Part shown: piece by piece, positions 1 to 9,948 of the stretch
How the letters are laid out: the number at the start of each line of letters is the position of its first letter
Numbering within the stretch: position 1 is the first letter of the stretch
IMG/VR virus record: IMGVR_UViG_3300045412_000547
Source of the DNA: a virus
Strand: one strand, 5' to 3'
DNA: 64,000 nt
The notes under the pieces: generated by a model
Seen by the model: only the letters and a program-made list of their open reading frames with translations
Told to the model about the DNA's origin: nothing
Databases searched by the model: none
Made by a program: the position numbers and the translations under genes

Positions 1-811
1 TTTGTAATTTTTGTTTATTTTGAGCTAAAGCAGGCCCGCCTCCGTAATTAACCCCGAAAGCATATTTTTTTTCTTTTAAATATTCAGTAAGTTCATCTAC
101 ATTTAAATTACGTATGTAACCTGGTAATTCTTTTAGTTGTTTTGTAAAAGTTTTTATTTCTTTTAGAGCTTTAAGAAAATTTTCGGTTTGCCAGAACCTA
201 GGAATTTTTAATTCTCTCATAAACTTTCCAAACTTGGATTCCCGCAAAGATTTAGCTATATCATCAAAAATCTGACCTAACTTTGAATTTTTAAACCCTT
301 TCCATAATTTATCTCTTATAGATTTAAAAACGTTGCCTAGATCTTCACCAAGCTTTAACCCTTTCCACCATGCTTCGAGTCCTTTAAGTTTATCTTTTAA
401 AAATGCTATAAGCCCAGCTATGAGCCCTACTATAAGAGCTGCTATCATACCCCATAGTCCGGTTTTTTTATCTTCTAGTTCTTTTTTATCTATATTAAAT
501 GTTAGTAAATTTTTTAAAGCTTTACGAATTCCTTTTTGACCATCAGGAGTAATACTATCAATAGTAATTGGAACGGCTTGAAATATTCTTCTTTTTTGAT
601 TAAATCTTCTAAGAAGCGTTTTTTCTTTCTTTTCATCTGAAAACAACTTATCTCTTAATCTCTCCATTTCCTGTTCTTTAAACCCAGCAGGAAGTTTAGT
701 TTGTTCTTCTTGATTGCTTAGAAACAACAGTAGCTGCGATACTTTTTGATCTATAACACCTAAATTATCATTTAATACATTTAGATTGCTGTCTATAGCT
801 GTATCGTCCAT
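1..811 (-). CDS. N-terminal part of a long tail protein, possibly tape-measure/baseplate hub (runs off the window edge; absent from ORF track)
   Basis: Open frame from ATG 811 (MDDTAIDSNL...) to position 1 with no stop; hydrophobic stretch (GLWGMIAALIVGLIAGLIAFL) and amphipathic W/F-K repeats; follows baseplate/tube genes; TAAATA 5 nt upstream. Confidence 0.5.
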   Translation of the reverse strand, partial: MDDTAIDSNLNVLNDNLGVIDQKVSQLLLFLSNQEEQTKLPAGFKEQEMERLRDKLFSDEKKEKTLLRRFNQKRRIFQAVPITIDSITPDGQKGIRKALKNLLTFNIDKKELEDKKTGLWGMIAALIVGLIAGLIAFLKDKLKGLEAWWKGLKLGEDLGNVFKSIRDKLWKGFKNSKLGQIFDDIAKSLRESKFGKFMRELKIPRFWQTENFLKALKEIKTFTKQLKELPGYIRNLNVDELTEYLKEKKYAFGVNYGGGPALAQNKQKLQ

Positions 812-816
812 ATGAA

Positions 817-822
817 TATTTA
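817..822 (-). promoter_or_regulatory. late promoter core TAAATA, 5 nt before ATG 811
   Basis: T4 gp55 consensus TATAAATA core; fixed spacing shared across window. Confidence 0.6.
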
Positions 823-838
823 ACGAAAAATACTAAAA

Positions 839-1591
839 TTAGACGGTAAAAAACGAAGCATCTATAGAAAACTCAACTAAATTGCCATCTAATGTAAAAA
901 ACTTTTGTTCAAATTGTTTTGTTTCATTTATATAAGACAAAATAAGGGTATTAGATGTAAGAGGTAGCTTTTCTACTAATTGTTTCTTTTGATTAAAGGT
1001 AATTTCATTAAAATTAATATCTACAGTATTGCTACCGTTATTAAACTCAATTCTATTAATATATTTTATAAGTTCATTAACGTACATTTCACCAATTGTT
1101 TCTTTTGTCAGTTCCTCTTTATTTTCTAAGGAAGTAACAAGCTTTTTAGATTCTTCATTGATTTCTACTTCGGTTTTAAAATTTGGAATAGCTAGATGTA
1201 TTTTTAATGCGCCGTCCTCTACTGTTTTTAACTTTAAATCTGTAGGAAGTGAAATGTGATTGTAAAGAACAAAAGAAATATCTTTTTTTTCATTAGAAAC
1301 CGTGACAATTGGACTTAATGAAACAGCTCTTAATGATGATATGATGTAAGATCTGTCTGTAATTAAAAAATTAATTCCCTTTTCAAGACTACAATCGTTA
1401 ACTATATCACAAAGTAGGTTTACAAATGAAATCCCTGCTACATTTTTATCTAAAGCGCTTTTTACAACGTCTTTTTGCTGTTTTGTTGTTAGGCCTTTAA
1501 ATTTTAACTGCCTGTTAAGAGAAGGTACAAAAATATTATGCTCTTTATTAAGAGCCGACAAAACATCTAGCGTTTTATCAAAGTTTTCCAT
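839..1591 (-). CDS. putative baseplate hub assembly protein (T4 gp26/gp51-like)
   Basis: N-terminal I-FVPS...KFKGLTTKQQK pattern resembles gp26-family starts; tail module context; late promoter. Confidence 0.4.
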   Translation of the reverse strand: MENFDKTLDVLSALNKEHNIFVPSLNRQLKFKGLTTKQQKDVVKSALDKNVAGISFVNLLCDIVNDCSLEKGINFLITDRSYIISSLRAVSLSPIVTVSNEKKDISFVLYNHISLPTDLKLKTVEDGALKIHLAIPNFKTEVEINEESKKLVTSLENKEELTKETIGEMYVNELIKYINRIEFNNGSNTVDINFNEITFNQKKQLVEKLPLTSNTLILSYINETKQFEQKFFTLDGNLVEFSIDASFFTV

Positions 1592-1595
1592 ATAA

Positions 1596-2444
1596 TTATT
1601 TACCTAAGGGTATAGATTTTTCAACATTGCTGTTTTTTGAATTCTCCATCTTTTCATATTCTTTTTCTAAAAGATTTTGAAGTATAAGATTTTCAGCTAA
1701 AGTGTTTTTATCGATGTATTCAGCAGAAAATTGTGTTTTGCTAACTAAAATATATTGTAATTCGTATAGATTTGTAAGATTTGAATTATATAGAGCCTTA
1801 AGTAGTTCCAGCATAGAAGCATCATATGGTCTTAACGGTATAACCGGGCCAATTTTCATATCCAAATTTAAATTTTTAAAATCATTACTTAAAACTGTAA
1901 AATATTCCTGTAAATACTTTGTAGTACAAATAGGTATGCTTTGAAAAAGTCTGTTTTTTTCTTCTATTGAAAGTTTATTAACTAATATTTCTTCTTTTTC
2001 TGTTTTAACTACATGAAGCAAATCATAAAACACATCAAACATATCGTTAAATGTAAAGCTATATGGAAGACCAAGTAAAAAAGAAATATTATCTATATTT
2101 ATTTCGTTTGAAAACTCTGTTTTAATGTCAAGACACTGTTGAAGAAAGGGTATAAGAGGGAATTTGTAGTTACCGCCCTCTTTTTTGTACTCAACATTAG
2201 GAGAAACAGATATACATCTAAGCATTAGTAATGAACAAAATTTGTCATAGCTAGTTAACTGCGATAAGACATCTTTTTCTACTATATTTTCTTGTAAAAT
2301 TTTTGTAAAATAATCAGAAATATGCGTATCGTTGTTGTTAGTAATAAACTTGTTAAGAGTTTTGTATTGAGCAAACGAAAGTTCTTTTAACTTAATGTCC
2401 TTTTGTAGGGTAGGAGCATAGCCATTAAAGAAAAAATCACCCAT
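1596..2444 (-). CDS. putative baseplate hub assembly protein (gp26-like paralogue)
   Basis: Similar architecture to neighbour (PTLQKDIKLKEL; D...LLMLRCIS); tail module context. Confidence 0.35.
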   Translation of the reverse strand: MGDFFFNGYAPTLQKDIKLKELSFAQYKTLNKFITNNNDTHISDYFTKILQENIVEKDVLSQLTSYDKFCSLLMLRCISVSPNVEYKKEGGNYKFPLIPFLQQCLDIKTEFSNEINIDNISFLLGLPYSFTFNDMFDVFYDLLHVVKTEKEEILVNKLSIEEKNRLFQSIPICTTKYLQEYFTVLSNDFKNLNLDMKIGPVIPLRPYDASMLELLKALYNSNLTNLYELQYILVSKTQFSAEYIDKNTLAENLILQNLLEKEYEKMENSKNSNVEKSIPLGK

Positions 2445-2462
2445 GTAATAATTTATTAGGGT

Positions 2463-3356
2463 TTAGATAAATCCTATGGGATTAATACTACCAATACCAT
2501 TTTGAAATGTTGTAACGCGCGGTATAGCACCCTGCTGAATACGGTTAATAATGTCTGCTAAGGCTAAATAATTGTTATTTTCTACAGTATAATTTGAAAA
2601 TGTCCATCTAGTACTAAAGATATCTAATTTATCGGTATCATAATCAAATGTTTCCTCACCAATATTGTAGGGAATACAGTTATAAAACGTCCATATCTTA
2701 CGAGGAATCATAGAAATAGCTCTCAATGTGCGTGTATATTGAAAAATTTGAATATTACATTTAATATTTTTATCATCTTTGCGCTGCCCATTATCGCCCG
2801 GGCGAGCCACCATTCCGTAATGTGAAGCTAAAATTGTCCAAGGACGTATGACAAAGTCTATAAACGATGTATTGGTTTCTCTAAAATCAATTGTTAAAGT
2901 TTTAGGGGTATTCGTTCTAGGGCCTCCTAATATACCAGGTAAATAACCACGGTTATTAGAAACTGAAACGGATTCGGGATCAAATTCTTCTGATGGTAGT
3001 GTTATAGAACTAGCAAATAAGCACCCAATTATCTTTTGATAAAATAAACTATTCAAAAGAGTTGTTGCCGGGTTTATATCAAACCCTCGACGCCCGCCAT
3101 CTATACGTTCTAAGCCTTGTATAATACTTGTGCGTAATGCTTTAGGGTAATTATCTACTACCATTACCCATTGTGTTGATGTTGGTATAGAAGAAAACCA
3201 AGATTCCATTTGTACTAAAAAATAATCTCGTACGCTTATAATAGGTACAGCAGGGAGATTAAAACCAAATAAACTAGCGAACTGAGGTGCAAAAGTAAAC
3301 TGATTAAGATTTTGTGAAATTCCTCCTAGAAAGGAACTATTCGGGTCCGATATCAC
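2463..3356 (-). CDS. tail tube-fold baseplate/tube initiator protein (gp54/gp48-like)
   Basis: SITLP...LTIDFRET...WTFYNCIP pattern of tube-fold proteins; next to tube gene; GTG start with TAAATA 5 nt upstream. Confidence 0.5.
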   Translation of the reverse strand: MISDPNSSFLGGISQNLNQFTFAPQFASLFGFNLPAVPIISVRDYFLVQMESWFSSIPTSTQWVMVVDNYPKALRTSIIQGLERIDGGRRGFDINPATTLLNSLFYQKIIGCLFASSITLPSEEFDPESVSVSNNRGYLPGILGGPRTNTPKTLTIDFRETNTSFIDFVIRPWTILASHYGMVARPGDNGQRKDDKNIKCNIQIFQYTRTLRAISMIPRKIWTFYNCIPYNIGEETFDYDTDKLDIFSTRWTFSNYTVENNNYLALADIINRIQQGAIPRVTTFQNGIGSINPIGFI

Positions 3357-3381
3357 CTAATTATTTATTAGGGAAACCTAA

Positions 3382-3930
3382 TTAGCTCACAATTCTATAG
3401 TAATGATAGGCTAATGTACCTGTAAATTCTATTGTATCGCCTGTACCGGTAGCAATATTATATGTAAGTGCACCTACTTGACGAGGGGAAACACCAACTA
3501 ACTGATACTGCTGTACACGGTTCAACTGATTGTCAAGCTGTACCAAGTCAATAACAGATGTTTGGTTTGGTGTAAAATAATTTCCCGTGCTGGTGGCATC
3601 ATCAAACGTGTCTCTTGTCCATTGTTCAAACTTTTGACGAATTTGGGAATTTGCATCTGCATAGAACGTTACGTCCCATGCATCGCTCCCCGGGTATGTT
3701 GCAGTACCTGGTATATTAAAATTGAGACCCATGTAAGGAACCGTAATATTTGTAATTGAACGCGCTGGTAATGAAGTTGATTTAATATAGACTAAATCGT
3801 TGTTATCGAATGTTACGCCACTGGCACCACCGGCGTTAATGTTTAATACACGAAAATTAAAGTCGCGTGCAAATTCTCTTGATGTTGCTACTCTGTAAAA
3901 GTCGGTTATAAGTTGATTTACATCGGCCAT
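3382..3930 (-). CDS. gp19: tail tube protein
   Basis: 182 aa, SLPAR..VPYMG..W.VTFY..R.KFEQW..QLD motifs; directly downstream of sheath. Confidence 0.8.
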   Translation of the reverse strand: MADVNQLITDFYRVATSREFARDFNFRVLNINAGGASGVTFDNNDLVYIKSTSLPARSITNITVPYMGLNFNIPGTATYPGSDAWDVTFYADANSQIRQKFEQWTRDTFDDATSTGNYFTPNQTSVIDLVQLDNQLNRVQQYQLVGVSPRQVGALTYNIATGTGDTIEFTGTLAYHYYRIVS

Positions 3931-3935
3931 AAAAT

Positions 3936-3941
3936 TATTTA
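3936..3941 (-). promoter_or_regulatory. late promoter core for tail tube gene
   Basis: ATAAATA-N5-ATG. Confidence 0.7.
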
Positions 3942-3945
3942 TCCC

Positions 3946-6231
3946 TTACGTTACGATCTCCTGGAAGTTTGTACCAGTTCTCGTAGCATAGAAGTTACAT
4001 AATATAAATTCTGCTGTACGTACCGGCTTCACATAAATATCAATTACAAGTACCCCGTCATCAATAATTTCTGGTGTGTTGTTACGTTCGTCACAGATAA
4101 TTAAGTAATCAAATATACCCTGTGTATTCTTTGCATTATCAAATATCGGTGTGATTGTATTAACCACATTAGTACGTGTAAACAGTGTATTCGGTTCGAA
4201 CACAAAAAACTTGACGGTCTCACGTGTTCTGTTCTCTAAGCTTAAGAATAACCTACGGACGTTAATGCGATCAAATACGCTGGGCTTTTGCTGCAGGGTC
4301 TTTTGACCAAAGATTACGAATCCTTCGGCAGGGAAGAACGCAATCGGATTAATACCGATCTTATACAACTGATCGCGCTGTTTTTGTTTTGGATAAAACG
4401 CTAAATCATTAAGGCCTGTTACAATACCGCGTGTAAATCCTGCAGGTGCATACCAAGGCTGATATGTTGAGTCTGTATTTGCAAAGTTAGCAGCAGCAAA
4501 TCCAGAGAACGGTACCCAGATTTGTTGATTTGTAATAACATCTACCGTCCGACCACAATTTGCAAAGGTACAAGCATAGTTTGTATTAATGGCATTAAAT
4601 TGATTACGTAAAGGCCAGTAGATATTTGTTGAAAAGCTCTTTGTAGGATCATCTAGCGTCTTAACATTAAGTCCCTGTACAAAAATATTTGTAATAGGAT
4701 CTGCAATATAAATATGATCTTTACGCTTGTTAGAAGCAAAGTTAATAAATTCATTTGCAACACCTAAATAATTTTGTATGACAGAAGGAATTACTCGAAG
4801 ATCGGATGCACTTAACGCGTTGATCGCACCGTATACAATAGAATCATCGAAGTAACCGTCTGTTAATGGGTTAAACGAATTGATATAAACGGTACCTAAG
4901 CCGGCTTCAACCGTTATGTTAATCGGATATACATCTGCATTTTCAAGTTTATCAAAGGCTGCTACTAATTTAGCAGGAACATTACCAATAACCTTAGTAG
5001 TAAGATCTGTGCTCTCGTAGTCGCCTAGTGAAAACAATGCGTTTGTTGTACCGTATGTATTAATAAAAGCTTGTAAAGATGCGGAAGGAGCGCCAAGACG
5101 GGTTTCATATTCATCTGCACTTTCATCAACTTTCGGAGTTGCTATGGGTTCACTCAAGAACCTTACCATTTTTGAAGGTATACCAGAGAGATCTAACCAT
5201 GTTGTTGTAGCTTTATTAGAAATATAGGGATTAACAAGCGTCGTTATATTTAAAGACGTATCATCAAGATTTTCTAAAAAGAAGCTGGTGGGTGGTCCGC
5301 CATTTACGTTATTGATCTGCCTAAAATTATCAAATGAACCAATAAAGCCTTCTTCTAGAACATAATCAAGAGCGATTGTATCTGGTGAAAAGATAGATTG
5401 ACGTAGTTTGAATAAGCCTACAATAGCGGTATCATTAAATTGTGGATTATAAATATTAAATGTAGGGATATTTTCAAGTACTTCTGATATACTCCCGGCT
5501 ACACCAGCGGGAGCAGCACTGAGAGGGAAGTTTAATCTAACGCTAGGTATATCAATATAGTTATTGATAAATAGGTTGCTATTATTAATTGTTTTAATAG
5601 CATTTATATCGTTAAAAGGAGTAGCCGGATCAAGATTAGTATTATCAACGATACCTACATAATAACCTTCGTAACGAGAATTAATAGATGACTGCGATTT
5701 GTTGAGAATAATTAAACCAGCAGCACTTAAAGAAGGTACAGTTTCAAATGTTGCAACACCACCCGTATCAGCGCTCCAATTAAAAGCGTTACCTCTTAAA
5801 ATATCTAGATATTCTACTTCAGATAATCTTACATGTGTCGGTTTACCAAAATAATAATGAGAATTTGCAGTTGTAAGTGATGTGCTTGAAGCACTGTTAA
5901 CATATGAAACCACTGGATATACTAATGCACTAAAATTTTGACTTGTACCTACTCCGGCGCCACCACCATAAGGTAGGCGATACACAAGAACATCAGCAGG
6001 GCTCTGAAAAACTGCTTTTACAGTATGATAAAAATATCTCTCAGCAGCATTTGTGGGTTGGCCAAAGATTTGTTCAAATTGTGAAATACTTGCAATTTTA
6101 AAAGGCTCGGCAACAGGACCTCTTGAAGCAAAACCAGGTACAAAAACTGTGGTTGCAGCTTGTCCTATAGCTGCTAATGAAAGGTCTACTTCTTTAATTT
6201 CAACACCGGGGCTTTGGATCGTACGTGCCAT
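3946..6231 (-). CDS. gp18: contractile tail sheath protein
   Basis: N-terminal SPGVEIKEVDLS; C-terminal PWYAPAGFTRG, GQKTL, FDRINVRRLF, FEPN, CDERNN, KPVRTAEFI. Confidence 0.96.
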   Translation of the reverse strand: MARTIQSPGVEIKEVDLSLAAIGQAATTVFVPGFASRGPVAEPFKIASISQFEQIFGQPTNAAERYFYHTVKAVFQSPADVLVYRLPYGGGAGVGTSQNFSALVYPVVSYVNSASSTSLTTANSHYYFGKPTHVRLSEVEYLDILRGNAFNWSADTGGVATFETVPSLSAAGLIILNKSQSSINSRYEGYYVGIVDNTNLDPATPFNDINAIKTINNSNLFINNYIDIPSVRLNFPLSAAPAGVAGSISEVLENIPTFNIYNPQFNDTAIVGLFKLRQSIFSPDTIALDYVLEEGFIGSFDNFRQINNVNGGPPTSFFLENLDDTSLNITTLVNPYISNKATTTWLDLSGIPSKMVRFLSEPIATPKVDESADEYETRLGAPSASLQAFINTYGTTNALFSLGDYESTDLTTKVIGNVPAKLVAAFDKLENADVYPINITVEAGLGTVYINSFNPLTDGYFDDSIVYGAINALSASDLRVIPSVIQNYLGVANEFINFASNKRKDHIYIADPITNIFVQGLNVKTLDDPTKSFSTNIYWPLRNQFNAINTNYACTFANCGRTVDVITNQQIWVPFSGFAAANFANTDSTYQPWYAPAGFTRGIVTGLNDLAFYPKQKQRDQLYKIGINPIAFFPAEGFVIFGQKTLQQKPSVFDRINVRRLFLSLENRTRETVKFFVFEPNTLFTRTNVVNTITPIFDNAKNTQGIFDYLIICDERNNTPEIIDDGVLVIDIYVKPVRTAEFILCNFYATRTGTNFQEIVT

Positions 6232-6237
6232 ATAAAT

Positions 6238-6243
6238 TATTTA
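6238..6243 (-). promoter_or_regulatory. late promoter core for tail sheath gene
   Basis: ATAAATA-N6-ATG. Confidence 0.7.
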
Positions 6244-6276
6244 TGTTTTTTTGGATAAAGTTTTTTACTTTTTTCT

Positions 6277-6924
6277 TTACATATCTACATCTTTTACTAA
6301 GGAGACATAAAACTGGGAGTAACTAAACGCAAAGCTTGTTTCTATTTCAGTACCATCCCGGTAGTTAAAATTTATGCCACCTAGGAATGTAGGGAATGAC
6401 TGAATATATTTAAACTGTACGGTTTTTTTGTTATATTCATCTAAAGCATATATAGAAATATCGGCTCTATAGTTTAAGTTGACTTCTCTAACTAAGTTTA
6501 TATCTTCAGGTTTAGAGATACCGAATTCTTTAAGAGCTTTAGGAGTTTTAGTCAAATTATCTATATCGAATGTTCCTTGTTTTTCGTCATTAAATAAGTT
6601 TAACCATGTATAAATGACCCAATAATTATTAAATCTATTATCAACCGTAAAGTTTACAACCATGGGAGGATAAGGATTTCTATTATAACTGCTAGTTGTC
6701 AATGTTTGACCCCCATATCTAACTACTGAGGCACTTATTTCAATGTCTGGAACAATAATACCAAATACTGAAAACTGAAGAGTATCCGGTATAATAATAT
6801 TGTTATCTCTTACATCTTTTGTAGAAATTTGTTTAAGAGCGGGCGGTACATTAAACGACATTAAAAATTTATCGCGGCGTGATTTATTAAAAGGGCTCTG
6901 CTGTAAAGGAGTAAGAATACTCAT
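6277..6924 (-). CDS. tail completion/tube terminator protein (gp3-like)
   Basis: Tube-fold pattern (VPDI, VNFTVDNRFNNY..IY.W, FPT.LG.INF); between terminase and sheath. Confidence 0.55.
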   Translation of the reverse strand: MSILTPLQQSPFNKSRRDKFLMSFNVPPALKQISTKDVRDNNIIIPDTLQFSVFGIIVPDIEISASVVRYGGQTLTTSSYNRNPYPPMVVNFTVDNRFNNYWVIYTWLNLFNDEKQGTFDIDNLTKTPKALKEFGISKPEDINLVREVNLNYRADISIYALDEYNKKTVQFKYIQSFPTFLGGINFNYRDGTEIETSFAFSYSQFYVSLVKDVDM

Positions 6925-6927
6925 ATA

Positions 6928-8634
6928 TTAATTTAATCTCTTCCAGCCTTGGGATTCTAATTCTTGCATATCAGAAATAGCATCAGATTCAGAAGCTGGA
7001 ATAATAATCGGTAAAGGTTTGAAACCAGTACCGTCTTTTTCATTACTGTAAATTGATCCCGGATTAACGAAATATTTTATACCGTAATCTAGAGATCGTA
7101 TTCTTAAAGGTTTTTTATTTGAATCTAACTCTAATATTTCAAAATATTTTTCTGCTAATTCGTTTTCTAAAATTATTAAAGCCCATATTAAACCCATAAC
7201 CCGGTCATCATGCAAATCTGCCCCGGGTTTAGCTGCCCACGTGCCATTGGGATAGCGCACAAAATCTCTTAACTCTTGTAATGTTTTTAGATCACGAATT
7301 TTTACAGAATTTAATTCATTAATCCAATAACGCATATTCATGACACCTTTGTATTTTGTATTTGTGTGAGCACTAATACCTACTTTCTTGAATTCAGATG
7401 TACCTGCTTTCGTTCCGTACGATACAATATTTTCATATCCTAATGTGAACTTAAGTTGATCTACTACTTGTGCTCCACAATTATTTCTTTCGATCATGGC
7501 CAAAGGTGATCCCCAGTGTTTTAATACTTCATGAAGTTTAGAGGTAAAATTATAAGGTGAAGTATGCTTATCGTAATATACAGCTACCTGTTCTATGTTT
7601 TTTAAGTCTGTTATATCGAAAATTTGTACTACGCTGGCAGCCTCTCCTACACCCTCACTAACATCAACTCCTGCTACATATATTAAATCCTGTTTAGGTT
7701 CTGACCATAGAAAATATTTACCTTCGTCGTAAACAAATTTTGGTTCTACACAATCAGTTTTTAGCTTATCGAATACAATATCATTAATTGAACTTTCACC
7801 TGATTGAAAAAACACGTTACCATACTCTTGATCGAATGCCTCTTTACTGCCTATAGATCTTATAGTAAGCTCTTTCCATGATTCATCTCTGCCGGGAACT
7901 TCCCACCAGTCTACTCGTTCAGGCTTCCAGCCGTTTTTCCCCTCCAAGGCTCCTGTATATATTTCGTGAAAAAGGTTTCCAGTACCGTTAGGCGTGCTTG
8001 CAATAAAAATTTTTGATTTTTTAGAACTAGAAATTATAGGGTAAACTGATTTCCAGAATTCTTCTACTAAGTGATTATCAATAAAAGCTAGCTCATCAAG
8101 AATAACACAATTTACGGATTCACCTCTACCAGCGTCGCTACTTGTAGTAGAAATACCAATGCTACTACCGTTGCCTAAAGTCATTGAAGTTTTACCATAC
8201 TCAACTGTTCCAGGTTTTAAATAATTGGGAAGCTGTTCATATGCTATTCTAACTCTTTTAAAAATATTAATAGCTGTCTGTTCTTTATTTGCTACGATAA
8301 GCACTCTTTGATCTTCGTGAAAACAAGCCAACCAAAGAGCATATATGGTCATTAAAGTTGTTTTACCAATTTGACGAGATGCAAGTAAAATACAAAAACG
8401 GTTATCTCTTAAAGATCTAAGTACTCTTTTTTGACATGGAAATAGTTCTATCTTTATTTTACCTTGATCGAGATTTACTATATAAAAAAAGTTCTCTGCA
8501 AAATAAAGTATATTCTTTGTACATTTTCGTATATCCTTGATCCACTGAGGATTAGATGCATAATCAAACGTTGCGTCTGGTCGTGGTAAATTTGAATTTC
8601 CTAGATAAAATTGTTTTTCATTTTTTTGAAGCAT
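6928..8634 (-). CDS. gp17: terminase large subunit
   Basis: YLGNSNL N-terminus, Walker A ASRQIGKT, Walker B ILDELAF, STPNG, nuclease GVDVSEG and HDDRVM. Confidence 0.97.
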   Translation of the reverse strand: MLQKNEKQFYLGNSNLPRPDATFDYASNPQWIKDIRKCTKNILYFAENFFYIVNLDQGKIKIELFPCQKRVLRSLRDNRFCILLASRQIGKTTLMTIYALWLACFHEDQRVLIVANKEQTAINIFKRVRIAYEQLPNYLKPGTVEYGKTSMTLGNGSSIGISTTSSDAGRGESVNCVILDELAFIDNHLVEEFWKSVYPIISSSKKSKIFIASTPNGTGNLFHEIYTGALEGKNGWKPERVDWWEVPGRDESWKELTIRSIGSKEAFDQEYGNVFFQSGESSINDIVFDKLKTDCVEPKFVYDEGKYFLWSEPKQDLIYVAGVDVSEGVGEAASVVQIFDITDLKNIEQVAVYYDKHTSPYNFTSKLHEVLKHWGSPLAMIERNNCGAQVVDQLKFTLGYENIVSYGTKAGTSEFKKVGISAHTNTKYKGVMNMRYWINELNSVKIRDLKTLQELRDFVRYPNGTWAAKPGADLHDDRVMGLIWALIILENELAEKYFEILELDSNKKPLRIRSLDYGIKYFVNPGSIYSNEKDGTGFKPLPIIIPASESDAISDMQELESQGWKRLN

Positions 8635-8639
8635 ATAGA

Positions 8640-8651
8640 TATAAATATTTA
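8640..8651. promoter_or_regulatory. palindromic late promoter between divergent terminase and 8653 genes
   Basis: TATAAATA on plus (N5 to GTG 8653); TAAATATTTA palindrome gives TAAATA on minus (N11 to terminase ATG). Confidence 0.65.
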
Positions 8652-8652
8652 A

Positions 8653-9492
8653 GTGAATAACGCAAAGACACTAGTAGATATAGGGTTATTGTATGAAAAA
8701 ACAGTATCTAAAAATAAGCTGTCTACATTTAAAAAGGCAGAAGATAAGAAATTAACCGATGCAAAAGCTGATCCTAAGGCTTTTATAAAAAATACGGGTC
8801 CGGAGAGTTCGCAGAATTTTGACAAAAATGCATTAGTAGACCCTGAGCATGATACTAAAGAAGATAATCACTTCGAGCCTAAAAAATATTCACAAAATTT
8901 AGAAAAAACAGAAGTAAAAAGAATAAATAATTTTATGAATAATAAGTCTATTTTTGATAAGCTTTACGAGGAAGTTCTCGGCGGTGAGCCGACAGTTAAA
9001 GACGATATGGCTGATGCGGAGGCATTAGATATAGATATTAATAAAGACGAAGAAGGCGGTGAAGTAAGCTTCACATTACCTCGCGATGTTGCTCAGCAAC
9101 TTTGTGATGTTCTTCATTCTGCTTTAGGTAGCGGAGAAGAAGATCATGGTGGTGAAGAAGATTTAGGCGGTGAATCAGAAGATCTCGGTGGTCTTAAGCC
9201 CAGCGAAGCAAATGAAGAAGCCGACGACGAGAAAGAAGAATGTGCTCATAAAGAAGCTACTGAAATGACAGAGCTTAAGCCTTCTGCTGGTGAATCGTTA
9301 ACTAAGAAAGATAATAAAGTACATGGTACAGTTACTAACTTGGTTGCTAAAGGTCATGGTGATGGTAAGGTTACTGACAAAGTAGGTAATGACGGTAACT
9401 TGGCGGATAGCAAAGGAAAATCGCTTACTGGTAAGAGCAATAAAGTTGCTGGTAAAGCATCCAATGTCGGGGCTTATATATATCAAAAGTAA
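8653..9492 (+). CDS. acidic/low-complexity late protein, candidate head internal protein; probable nested in-frame start at 8935
   Basis: GTG start 5 nt after TAAATA; E/D/G-rich core; second TAAATA-N5-ATG at 8924-8937. Confidence 0.6.
   Translation: MNNAKTLVDIGLLYEKTVSKNKLSTFKKAEDKKLTDAKADPKAFIKNTGPESSQNFDKNALVDPEHDTKEDNHFEPKKYSQNLEKTEVKRINNFMNNKSIFDKLYEEVLGGEPTVKDDMADAEALDIDINKDEEGGEVSFTLPRDVAQQLCDVLHSALGSGEEDHGGEEDLGGESEDLGGLKPSEANEEADDEKEECAHKEATEMTELKPSAGESLTKKDNKVHGTVTNLVAKGHGDGKVTDKVGNDGNLADSKGKSLTGKSNKVAGKASNVGAYIYQK
8924..8929 (+). promoter_or_regulatory. intragenic late promoter core
   Basis: ATAAATA-N5-ATG(8935), in frame with host ORF. Confidence 0.55.
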
Positions 9493-9512
9493 TATAATAT
9501 AGATTATAAATG

Positions 9513-9544
9513 AAAGAGCCTGACGTAAGTTAGGCTCTTTTTTT
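9513..9544 (+). terminator. intrinsic terminator
   Basis: 12-bp stem aaagagcctgac/gttaggctcttt (one G-U) with GTAA tetraloop followed by T run, after 8653..9492. Confidence 0.85.
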
Positions 9545-9558
9545 GCTTAAATATATTT

Positions 9559-9948
9559 GTGATGACTTTTCTTGAATTTATTAAAACTGGAGTAGAACAT
9601 CGCCATATGAAGGATGTTGTACCGGATCCTTCTTCTCATTCTCAATCTCCTGGAAAAACTGTTCCAGATTATGTTAGATCTAAAAAAACAAATTCTAAAT
9701 TAGAAGCTATTAAAAACATGGAAGTAGGCAGATCTGTTTATCTTACACCTTTAGATGTTAAAGAGATTGAAGGTTTGTTTCCTACAAAAGCAGATTTTGG
9801 AAAAGAATATTTTAGTAGTAATTTTAAATCAGAGATTAAAGATATAGGCAAGCCAAGTGAAAAAGACGGTACACGAATTATTCTTAGTTTCGATCAAACA
9901 TCTAAAAGATATAAATTAACAAAAATAAGGGGTGTTAAAAATGTCTAA
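9559..9948 (+). CDS. hypothetical late protein with capsid-targeting-like N-terminus (MTFLEFI)
   Basis: ORF; TAAATA-N5-GTG. Confidence 0.6.
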   Translation: MMTFLEFIKTGVEHRHMKDVVPDPSSHSQSPGKTVPDYVRSKKTNSKLEAIKNMEVGRSVYLTPLDVKEIEGLFPTKADFGKEYFSSNFKSEIKDIGKPSEKDGTRIILSFDQTSKRYKLTKIRGVKNV

